From a virus: a stretch of 64,000 bases of DNA. The number at the start of each line of letters is the position of its first letter. Position 1 is the stretch's first letter. The notes under the pieces were generated by a model. That model was not told where the DNA came from. It did not search any database and saw nothing but the letters and a program-made list of their open reading frames with translations. Location of the stretch: positions 19,144-83,143 of the IMG/VR virus record IMGVR_UViG_3300032236_001727, one strand, 5' to 3'. Of the stretch, positions 1 through 7,086 are shown piece after piece. Both the position numbers and the translations under genes were made by a program.

Positions 1-179
1 TCAGAATTTAGCCAATTTTCAGGGAAATAAGTATTAACTTTTATTGTCCTTGTTGTTTTATAAGCTATTATGCCTTCTTTCCTTTTCTTATTTTTTGGAA
101 ACAAACTACAATATTTTATATTGTTTACTGCTCCCAAACTCAAATACTTAATAATCCAAAATATGTTTTTGTTTTTCAT
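1..179 (-). CDS. Hypothetical protein, runs off the window edge (partial)
   Basis: ATG at 177-179 overlaps the SET gene stop (TAATG); frame stays open to position 1 (MKNKNIFWIIKYLSLG...). Confidence 0.5.
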   Translation of the reverse strand, partial: MKNKNIFWIIKYLSLGAVNNIKYCSLFPKNKKRKEGIIAYKTTRTIKVNTYFPENWLNS

Positions 180-601
180 TATTTTATATTTTTTATTGTT
201 TTAAAAGCTTCCCAGTACTGTTTTCCATAAGGACAAAATATTTCATTACCAGCATTTATATTTCTTGTAGCATATAATATTATCTGACTGTCAGCGTTTG
301 CTATTCTTGAATTGTTGCGTTTGGTTGTTTTTATAGGTCCACAACAATCATTTGCATATTTAGCATAACATTTGGATTCATAAGTATTTAAAACATATCC
401 ATTTTCTAAATCAATAGAATATAATGATTCTTCATATGGTATTTTATCTTCTTTAACTTTTCGTCCTGTGAATCTACTTATAACGTCTCCTTTCTTTATA
501 TTAATGTTAGTATAAAGACCATCTCCTATTATTTGAGACTTTTTAACTTCTAAATGTTTTTGATTTATCATTGAACTTTTATTCATATTTTCCAGACTCA
601 A
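179..601 (-). CDS. SET-domain protein (putative SAM-dependent lysine methyltransferase)
   Basis: SET motifs: GDGLYT..NIKKGD, YAKYAND (NHS-like), LYATRNINAGNEIFCPYG..YW. Confidence 0.85.
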   Translation of the reverse strand: MSLENMNKSSMINQKHLEVKKSQIIGDGLYTNINIKKGDVISRFTGRKVKEDKIPYEESLYSIDLENGYVLNTYESKCYAKYANDCCGPIKTTKRNNSRIANADSQIILYATRNINAGNEIFCPYGKQYWEAFKTIKNIK

Positions 602-965
602 TCTTTTCTCTTATCATATCAACAAACCTAATTCCGCTGGGTGTGATACCGTTTTCGTTCCACATATAATCTTGATCATGTAATCTTTGAATATTGTGGA
701 GGAATGTTTGTCCTAATTCTTGTAATGATAGAGGTAATAGAAGAAAAACATCGTCATTAGACACTGATGAATCCTCAAATTCACTATCTAATTCTTTAGA
801 TAATTTTTTATCTTCAATAAACCTTCCTATAGCACAACATTTTCCATTACTTTCATTGTAATATTCACAAGAAAATACACCAGTGCTACGTCTATTAGTA
901 TCTTCAGAATAATACTTTACAGTGTCATTGAGAAAGTCAATTTGTTTTTCTTTTATACTTTTCAT
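579..965 (-). CDS. Hypothetical phage protein (C..Y...KCCAIG, LQ.LHD motifs)
   Basis: 128-aa ORF directly downstream of a promoter motif. Confidence 0.75.
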   Translation of the reverse strand: MKSIKEKQIDFLNDTVKYYSEDTNRRSTGVFSCEYYNESNGKCCAIGRFIEDKKLSKELDSEFEDSSVSNDDVFLLLPLSLQELGQTFLHNIQRLHDQDYMWNENGITPSGIRFVDMIREKIESGKYE

Positions 966-985
966 TTTTACTTATTTTTATAATG

Positions 986-1017
986 TAAATATACGAAAAG
1001 TATTTTTAAAAGCCAAA
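986..1017 (-). promoter_or_regulatory. Bacteroidetes-type promoter motif TTTGG-N19-TATATT
   Basis: One of 12 intergenic copies with identical spacing. Confidence 0.7.
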
Positions 1018-1019
1018 TT

Positions 1020-1256
1020 TTATTGCGAAGGAGGATTTTCAGATTTTTTAGAAAAGAAAAATCCAAGTTTATCTACACAAGTTGCACCTATGCAAGAACA
1101 AACTATTAAAGTTATTGAGTTAACTACTTCTGGTGATGGGGATGTTTTTAGATAAAGTGAACTACACAAAAATATGGTTCCTATAAAAGCTATTATTCTT
1201 TTTGTAGATTGAGTACCTGACTCATCTTGTAGCATAGATTTGATAAATTCTTTCAT
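1020..1256 (-). CDS. Small two-TM membrane protein, possible holin
   Basis: Likely start MKEFIKS; two hydrophobic segments; ATATTTAT motif upstream at 1263-1270. Confidence 0.55.
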   Translation of the reverse strand: MKEFIKSMLQDESGTQSTKRIIAFIGTIFLCSSLYLKTSPSPEVVNSITLIVCSCIGATCVDKLGFFFSKKSENPPSQ

Positions 1257-1287
1257 TTTATTATAAATATTATGAAAGAGTAGCAAA

Positions 1288-1479
1288 CTATATTATATTA
1301 GCGTATTTTTGTGGGTATTCTGTAGTTCCCACATTGGGTATTTTGGTTCCATCTTTTTCTGCAGTGACCCAAAATGATAATGGATTATCACTATAAACAC
1401 TTGCTATAACACATTTATATTCATGGTTCAAAAATCTTACATTGACTTTATCACCTATGTTGTGTTTTTGATGTTTCAT
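1288..1479 (-). CDS. Hypothetical protein (SH3/KOW-like start, HNIGDKV)
   Basis: 63-aa ORF co-oriented with neighbours. Confidence 0.6.
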   Translation of the reverse strand: MKHQKHNIGDKVNVRFLNHEYKCVIASVYSDNPLSFWVTAEKDGTKIPNVGTTEYPQKYANII

Positions 1480-1507
1480 TAAATAGTGGTGTTTAGTTGT
1501 TAAAAAA

Positions 1508-1613
1508 TAAATGAGGAATTGCTTTCAGGATTGAATTAATATTTCGCGTACATTGGTAATTACTCCAACAGTTATTTTATTAACTACCAACTCAATGGTA
1601 CTATCCTCATTTA
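1508..1613 (-). ncRNA. Candidate structured ncRNA downstream of tRNA-Leu
   Basis: Perfect 10-bp terminal inverted repeat (1508-1517/1604-1613) enclosing a 10-bp inner stem (1553-1562/1581-1590) with one G-U pair on the minus strand. Confidence 0.4.
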
Positions 1614-1687
1614 ACCTTGGTGTCAATCATAGTTTGGTACCGGGAGCGGGAATCGAACCCGCACGGCCTTTTGGGCCAAGAGATTTT

Positions 1688-2370
1688 CTTACTACTATAG
1701 TTTTCACTACCACTGAACGTGTTTGTAGTCTGGACTATACCTTCACCATACTTTCGTTTAGGTGTTCCGTGTCTAGTCTCTACACCTTCTTCATTTCTGA
1801 AGCTTGGCTCGGTATTACCATTTTAAAGGCTTCACCGAATTTACGGAATTCTACTCCTTAAATTTCTCTAAGGGCACTCAAATTTTGTTTGTTCCTACCA
1901 GCATAAGTAGTTGTTTGTGAATGGCAATTAGGGCATAAAAATCTTAAATTTTCTATTCTATGGTCCCCATTGATTCCATTTATATGATCTAGATGAAGTG
2001 AAATACTCATATTATTCCATTCATTTATACCACATATAGAACACTTATATTCAATTAAACCATTTTTAATTATTTCTTTTCTTACTGAACATCTAGAAGC
2101 ATAATCTTCTATATGTGTTATACGCTTACTAATATTTTTATTTAATCCCTTTCCTGATTGGTTGGGTTTATAACAATCATATTTTAAAGCATATTTTTTG
2201 AAAGAATTAAAATGTAAATTTAATTTAGCAGCAGCTCTAGCCATAGAAGGCTCAGTGTTGCATACTTCTATAAAGTATTCTTTACTTATGCTAGTTATTT
2301 TTTTCATATCTATCAGTTTTATGTATTTACCCATAAATATGAAAAAATTTCAAAGAACTAAAACTCTCTC
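1688..2370 (-). mobile_element. Group I intron (IC3-like) in the tRNA-Leu anticodon, carrying an HNH ORF
   Basis: P1 AGACUU-GAGA-GAGUUU with U-G at the 5' splice site; P AAATTCGGTGAA, Q AATACCGAGCC, R GTAGAGACTAG, S AAGGTATAGTCC; P3 TTCCGT/ACGGAA; terminal omega-G at 1688. Confidence 0.93.
1858..2334 (-). CDS. Intron-encoded HNH homing endonuclease (start may be Met at 2307)
   Basis: CSICG...LHLDHING..GDHRIENLRFLCPNCHSQT HNH/Zn motif; N-terminal HTH-like segment. Confidence 0.92.
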   Translation of the reverse strand: MGKYIKLIDMKKITSISKEYFIEVCNTEPSMARAAAKLNLHFNSFKKYALKYDCYKPNQSGKGLNKNISKRITHIEDYASRCSVRKEIIKNGLIEYKCSICGINEWNNMSISLHLDHINGINGDHRIENLRFLCPNCHSQTTTYAGRNKQNLSALREI

Positions 2371-2447
2371 AAGTCTCTCATGTCTACCTTTTCATCACCC
2401 CGGCATAAAAAAGATGCTGCAGTCATCTTTTTCTCGTTTTCTGTGTT

Positions 2448-2741
2448 TTATTCTATCTCATAATATAAAGCATCTTCAAGTAGTTCTTCTGAGAGATGGT
2501 TTATATATTTATTAAGTTGGCTTATGAAATCATATCCTATTTCTTCTAATTCAGAAATCAAAGCTTCATAATCTGAAAACTTTTTTTCATATTGAGATAA
2601 ATTCTCATCTTCTGATACTATCCAACAAAACAAACTAAATAGTTCAATGTCGATCATGGCGTTTTCTGATGTGAAGCATCGCATAAACCCCGTGTGGTCT
2701 TTGTCAGACATTATGTGCTCGTAATTTGTTATTATAACCAT
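2448..2741 (-). CDS. Hypothetical protein
   Basis: 97-aa ORF after a promoter motif. Confidence 0.65.
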   Translation of the reverse strand: MVIITNYEHIMSDKDHTGFMRCFTSENAMIDIELFSLFCWIVSEDENLSQYEKKFSDYEALISELEEIGYDFISQLNKYINHLSEELLEDALYYEIE

Positions 2742-2762
2742 TTACTTAATTTTCTTATAGTG

Positions 2763-2794
2763 TAAATATACGAAAGATTTTTTAAAAAGCCAAA
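2763..2794 (-). promoter_or_regulatory. Promoter motif TTTGG-N19-TATATT
   Basis: Repeat of the intergenic motif. Confidence 0.7.
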
Positions 2795-2799
2795 TTTTT

Positions 2800-3411
2800 T
2801 TAATTATTTAGATGCTTATTGAAAATCTTTTTCACATCATTTATACCTAATTCAATAGATAATCGTTTATTTGGTTCTTCAAATTTTTTATCAATATCCA
2901 TTGAATCTACTATACAATAATACATTTCATTAGCATTATTTCCTAAGAAATATATTTCAGAATACTGTATGTTTTCAGATTGATATAATCGTTTTAATAA
3001 ACTATTAGGCATATCCTTTATTACTTTATATGTTTGTCCATTCTTTTGAATGTCTATAAGCATATCTACATATGGGCCATCTATTTTTATACTATTGTAT
3101 TTCTGGTATATTTCTAAATCTTCATCAATAGTAGAGGCATATAGCAGTTTTGTAAACATTTCACTACCTGGTTTGGGAATTCCTCCACCGTTTGAAGCTC
3201 TCAATATTAGCACCTTATCGGCACCCGAATCTTGTAATAGTTGTTCTATTATTCTATATATTTGAGATAAGTCTTGTAAATTGTTAGATAATTTTTCAAG
3301 ATGTTTTTTTCTTGTTTTTTCTCTAAAATGATTTATAATTTTTACAAATCCAGCTCCTCCTAAAAAATTCAATATAGCTACAATTATATTACTTACAGGG
3401 AGTATATTCAT
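2800..3411 (-). CDS. Membrane-anchored protein, possible holin (N-terminal TM plus soluble domain)
   Basis: Hydrophobic N-terminus; directly downstream of the endolysin. Confidence 0.5.
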   Translation of the reverse strand: MNILPVSNIIVAILNFLGGAGFVKIINHFREKTRKKHLEKLSNNLQDLSQIYRIIEQLLQDSGADKVLILRASNGGGIPKPGSEMFTKLLYASTIDEDLEIYQKYNSIKIDGPYVDMLIDIQKNGQTYKVIKDMPNSLLKRLYQSENIQYSEIYFLGNNANEMYYCIVDSMDIDKKFEEPNKRLSIELGINDVKKIFNKHLNN

Positions 3412-3425
3412 CTTATTTTCTCTTA

Positions 3426-3896
3426 TTACATAGGTTTAAAATACAAATCTGCTTCAGCCTTTCTTCTGCGAACAAGACCAGGAATTATTTCTTTTCCAGC
3501 ATATACCCATTTAGCAAATTGGTTTCTTATGTCTGGGTTATTTGGGTTTGTGTTTACTTCTTTAAGTAATGTGCTGTATAATAAAGACATTATTCCAAGA
3601 TTATATGCAAAACACATCAAAGCATCAAATTGATTTTGATTTATTTGAGTTTTTATCATATCTGAAACTGATTTGGCTCTTGGGGCTATGTCGGCCATAA
3701 ACAATTGTTCAGCTTGTTGTTCTGTTATAATGTCTCCTGATTTCACTTTTTGCCCATTAGGCATAATGAGAGAACCATATCCAATTGTCCATATTCCTAC
3801 AGAATCTTGATATGATTTTAATTTGTCTCCCTCAAATTCTTTAATTAAATCTATACCAGCTTTACCTATTTGTGTAATTTTTTCCATAGAAAACAT
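3426..3896 (-). CDS. Endolysin, phage lysozyme (GH24)
   Basis: IKEFEG...YQDSVGIWTIGYG (E-D-T triad), QFDALMCFAYNLG, GLVRRRKAE. Confidence 0.95.
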   Translation of the reverse strand: MFSMEKITQIGKAGIDLIKEFEGDKLKSYQDSVGIWTIGYGSLIMPNGQKVKSGDIITEQQAEQLFMADIAPRAKSVSDMIKTQINQNQFDALMCFAYNLGIMSLLYSTLLKEVNTNPNNPDIRNQFAKWVYAGKEIIPGLVRRRKAEADLYFKPM

Positions 3897-3939
3897 ATAT
3901 TATAACAATACATATGTTCCCTATTTGAAAAATACATTA

Positions 3940-4380
3940 CTACATATGCTCTATTTCATCTAAAACATAGTTAGATAATTTAGCATTTTTTAATACAGTT
4001 TCTATTATGCTTCTTGTATTCTTTTTGGATGGATTTTTAATATTATCAAAAACTAACATATTATCTTTTATATAATAATATAGTATATTTGGCTTTGATA
4101 CTATAGATTTCATTAAATCATCTATACTGCTTTTAGTTTTGATTGGGAATAAAAATCCCTGCTGTCTCTCAATCATTTTTCTTTTAGCAGGTATGGCAGG
4201 ACCAAAATGTTTTTCAATTATATCCTTTGCATTCATATGGTTTTGCATATTTGAAATATACATTCCATAATTATTTATGTCTTTAAAGGCCTCTACTATT
4301 TTTGAAATTTCATCACTTGTAATGCAGTAATCATATGTTATCTGTATTTTTTTATTATCTTCTCCTATTTGTATATCCAC
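3940..4380 (-). CDS. Hypothetical protein
   Basis: 146-aa ORF, operon-like spacing. Confidence 0.7.
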   Translation of the reverse strand: MDIQIGEDNKKIQITYDYCITSDEISKIVEAFKDINNYGMYISNMQNHMNAKDIIEKHFGPAIPAKRKMIERQQGFLFPIKTKSSIDDLMKSIVSKPNILYYYIKDNMLVFDNIKNPSKKNTRSIIETVLKNAKLSNYVLDEIEHM

Positions 4381-4391
4381 TCATATTCATT

Positions 4392-4700
4392 TTATCCAAA
4401 TTTAACAATATCTGTTCTTCGTTTATCTATTCTTTTTCCGTCTTTGTAATTTATTCCTTTTACTACATCTTGTGTAGGAATAATTTCATTGGTTTCATAA
4501 AAGTAAATAGGACCATTATATTCTTCATGATGTACATTTTTAGGGTTTGAAATATTTAATATCCTTCTTTTTCCACCAAAGCTTCTAAAATCTCGTGGAG
4601 TAACACGAGCCCATTTTTCATCAATGAAATTAACCTCTAGACATAACTGTGTAGGGAAATCATATTGTATTTTTACTGTATTGCCTCTTTTTTCAGCCAT
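4392..4700 (-). CDS. Hypothetical protein
   Basis: 102-aa ORF. Confidence 0.7.
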   Translation of the reverse strand: MAEKRGNTVKIQYDFPTQLCLEVNFIDEKWARVTPRDFRSFGGKRRILNISNPKNVHHEEYNGPIYFYETNEIIPTQDVVKGINYKDGKRIDKRRTDIVKFG

Positions 4701-4723
4701 TGTTATTAATGATTCCTTTATTT

Positions 4724-5008
4724 TTAAATGTTGTTTTGAACTTCTTTTTGAAGTTCATCCATTAATTCAGATATGTCAATATCATCGAGGGGCTTAAATC
4801 GTTTTGAATCAAACCATAGTCCTTTTATTTTTCTTTTACATACCTCACAGTAGGACTGCTCAATAAATACTTCTATGTCTACTGATAAAATAATAGGTTT
4901 ATGTTCGCAAAAGCTCATTATACCGTTCACTAAATAAACCTGTCCCTCTCTAATAACGTTCTCATAACTCTCCAAAGCCACCACCTCTTTGCCTACTTCA
5001 AATCCCAT
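4724..5008 (-). CDS. Hypothetical protein (FEVGKEVV start, CxxC)
   Basis: 94-aa ORF following a promoter motif. Confidence 0.7.
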   Translation of the reverse strand: MGFEVGKEVVALESYENVIREGQVYLVNGIMSFCEHKPIILSVDIEVFIEQSYCEVCKRKIKGLWFDSKRFKPLDDIDISELMDELQKEVQNNI

Positions 5009-5028
5009 GTTGTTTGATTTTTATAATA

Positions 5029-5060
5029 TAAAAATACGAAAAATTTTTTAAAAAGCCAAC
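5029..5060 (-). promoter_or_regulatory. Promoter motif variant (GTTGG-N19-TATTTT)
   Basis: Same spacing and CGTA context as other copies. Confidence 0.6.
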
Positions 5061-5094
5061 TATTTTCATTAAAATATTATATTTTCAATTGTTT

Positions 5095-5397
5095 TTAATA
5101 TAAGTCTTCTGAGAATAATTCGTCTGTTGAGTAATTCAGTTCACCTCCATTTTCTATATGTAATTTAGCGGCTTCCTCTCTATTCAAAAATCTATTGGCA
5201 GAGGTCAAAAAGCCTTGAACACTTTTGCCCATTTCGTGTTGTTTTTTGCCAAGTAAAGAAGCGCATTGACCGATTATATGATTATGCCTATGACCGCATA
5301 AAACCGTTCCTGAGCTGATGTTTTTCACCTTATACGGATATTCCATAGGATAATCTAAATAGTGAATAGCGGCACATAATATTTTTTCTTTAGACAT
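5095..5397 (-). CDS. Conserved hypothetical phage protein (CAAI..GHRH..QGFLTS..RF..REEA)
   Basis: 100-aa ORF with a recurring phage motif pattern. Confidence 0.75.
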   Translation of the reverse strand: MSKEKILCAAIHYLDYPMEYPYKVKNISSGTVLCGHRHNHIIGQCASLLGKKQHEMGKSVQGFLTSANRFLNREEAAKLHIENGGELNYSTDELFSEDLY

Positions 5398-5399
5398 AA

Positions 5400-5672
5400 T
5401 TAAAATTTTTTAGAAAAGTTAATAAAATAATCTTCTTCTTCAGAAGTTAATCTATCTCTACTAGAAAATATTTTTAAAAGAGCTGCAAAAAGCTCAGTAT
5501 CCATAAGAGTTGGATTTTTATAGACTGGGAGAGAAAATTCGTTTGCAAATTCTACTAAAGGATTTTCGTTATCAAAATCATCTTTTAATAAACGATACAT
5601 CTCTTTTTTCTCATAAGTAGACATTTCATAATATATGTCTTGCACACTTAAATCAATATCGAAATTTGGCAT
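5400..5672 (-). CDS. Hypothetical protein
   Basis: 90-aa ORF, tight packing. Confidence 0.65.
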   Translation of the reverse strand: MPNFDIDLSVQDIYYEMSTYEKKEMYRLLKDDFDNENPLVEFANEFSLPVYKNPTLMDTELFAALLKIFSSRDRLTSEEEDYFINFSKKF

Positions 5673-5702
5673 ATTTTTATTATTTTTAAAATGATTAAAT
5701 TC

Positions 5703-5954
5703 TTAAACAAGTTTAGTTCCTAGTAGAGTTTCTAACTTATCAACACATTTTATTCTTGTATTTTTAATAATAGGATTTTCTTTGAAAGATTTAGTTATTA
5801 TTAGACAAGTCTTTAATCTTCCAACATTTGCTTCTGATATTAAATTAACCATCTTAGTTTCAACATTTGTAAAATCTTTAGCATCTAATAGCTTTTTGAA
5901 TTCATAATGTAATTTTATCAAATCATCAACTTCTTTTCTAACTTCTTCTCTCAT
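5703..5954 (-). CDS. Hypothetical protein
   Basis: 83-aa ORF. Confidence 0.65.
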   Translation of the reverse strand: MREEVRKEVDDLIKLHYEFKKLLDAKDFTNVETKMVNLISEANVGRLKTCLIITKSFKENPIIKNTRIKCVDKLETLLGTKLV

Positions 5955-5975
5955 TGTTTTTTGTTTTAGGTCATT

Positions 5976-6215
5976 TTATAGAATTTTCCCATCATTATTA
6001 TAGACACTTACCGCTTCTTCTGCTGTGTCAAATCTATAAGAATATGACTCCCCATTATGTCTGCCTTCAACTCTGAAATATGTTTCTTCAAACTTTCCAT
6101 GTTTTGTTAGAATGGTTACTACTTGTAGTTCCTTATATCCATTACCACCGCTTGAAGATGCCAATGATTTAACTACTTCGCCTACTAGGTCACTAATTTT
6201 TACTTGATGTGTCAT
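5976..6215 (-). CDS. Hypothetical protein
   Basis: 79-aa ORF. Confidence 0.65.
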   Translation of the reverse strand: MTHQVKISDLVGEVVKSLASSSGGNGYKELQVVTILTKHGKFEETYFRVEGRHNGESYSYRFDTAEEAVSVYNNDGKIL

Positions 6216-6224
6216 ATTTTTTAT

Positions 6225-6479
6225 TTAAACTTGAGTATTTCCTATATAAAATTTGCAATTAATAAATGAAGGCTCATATTCTCTATGTTCAGCAATCATA
6301 TCCTCTATATCATAGAAAGTGCTATATGAAGCTAATTTTAGGTTATGGTTCACACATATAATTTCGGCTTCATCTCCTCTTATGGGATGTTCATAAAATT
6401 CAATAACCTGACCTAGTCTGTTTGTCATTTCTGAGTATTTTGTAGGTTTTTTAGACATTAGGTTTGAGTAATTGAGCAT
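6225..6479 (-). CDS. Hypothetical protein
   Basis: 84-aa ORF. Confidence 0.65.
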   Translation of the reverse strand: MLNYSNLMSKKPTKYSEMTNRLGQVIEFYEHPIRGDEAEIICVNHNLKLASYSTFYDIEDMIAEHREYEPSFINCKFYIGNTQV

Positions 6480-6509
6480 GTTTATTATGTTTTTTGTTAT
6501 TGGATATTA

Positions 6510-6585
6510 GGATTTAAGAAAGGATTTGAACCTTTACCTCGCGCCTTCTAGTCAGCCCTTATGCTACCGTTACACCACTTAAATC
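6510..6585 (-). tRNA. tRNA-like element with a non-pairing anticodon arm (identity undetermined)
   Basis: GATTTAAG/CTTAAATC acceptor, D-arm TGGTGTAACGGTAGCAT, T-arm AAAGG-TTCAAAT-CCTTT; anticodon region AGGGCTGACTAGAAGGCGCG forms no 5-bp stem; no CCA. Confidence 0.65.
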
Positions 6586-6599
6586 TTTTCAAATCATTA

Positions 6600-6971
6600 T
6601 TATCTCAACATTGCCTCGAGTTGTTTCTTACTTTTGCTTTTCAGAGATTCTTCTTCTTTATCAGCAATAAGACCCAGAATCTTTTTGTTGTGTTCTTTGA
6701 TTTCTTTTGCTTCTTGAGCTGCTTGTTGTTCTTCTACTTTTGTAGTGAGGATATCTAGAACCACATCAAATTTTAATTTAGATGTTTTATCCTTTTCAGA
6801 TTTTGCAACTACAAAAGATTTCTTACCAGAATTTTTGTGTTGTTCCTCAAGAGAAACAGCCAGTTCATCCAGATCAGTTATTGAGAGGTCCCAAAGTTGT
6901 TCTGTAGAAAGAGAACCTTTGGATGTTTGAAAACGAAGTTTTTGTCTACTAGCTTCTTTGAAATTTTCCAT
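6600..6971 (-). CDS. Conserved phage coiled-coil protein (KLRF.T.KG.LS.EQLWDL)
   Basis: 123-aa ORF with a helical charged C-terminus; sits beside the 703-aa gene. Confidence 0.8.
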   Translation of the reverse strand: MENFKEASRQKLRFQTSKGSLSTEQLWDLSITDLDELAVSLEEQHKNSGKKSFVVAKSEKDKTSKLKFDVVLDILTTKVEEQQAAQEAKEIKEHNKKILGLIADKEEESLKSKSKKQLEAMLR

Positions 6972-7001
6972 TTTTTGTTTGTTTTTATTGTTTAATAATA
7001 G

Positions 7002-7080
7002 TTAGCATGACAGGATTTGAACCTGTGACCTCCGCCTTGTAAATGGATGGCGGCACTCTACCAGACTGAGCTACATGCTA
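7002..7080 (-). tRNA. tRNA-Val(UAC)-like RNA with a 12-nt anticodon loop
   Basis: TAGCATG/CATGCTA acceptor, GCTC/GAGT D-stem, CCGCC/GGCGG anticodon stem around ATCCATTTACAA, ACAGG-TTCAAAT-CCTGT T-arm; no CCA. Confidence 0.8.
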
Positions 7081-7086
7081 AAGAGT

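Larger units (their letters stand above)
1635..2404 (-). tRNA. trnL: tRNA-Leu(UAA) split by a group I intron; 5' exon 2371-2404, 3' exon 1635-1687
   Basis: Joined exons give GCCGGGGTGATGAAAAGGTAGACATGAGAGACTT|AAAATCTCTTGGCCCAAAAGGCCGTGCGGGTTCGATTCCCGCTCCCGGTACCA: a full cloverleaf with long variable arm, anticodon TAA and encoded CCA. Confidence 0.95.

Noticed and set aside
6510-6585. Amber suppressor tRNA implying TAG recoding
   Set aside because: The anticodon stem does not form, TAG terminates normal-length genes, and conserved genes are uninterrupted in the standard code
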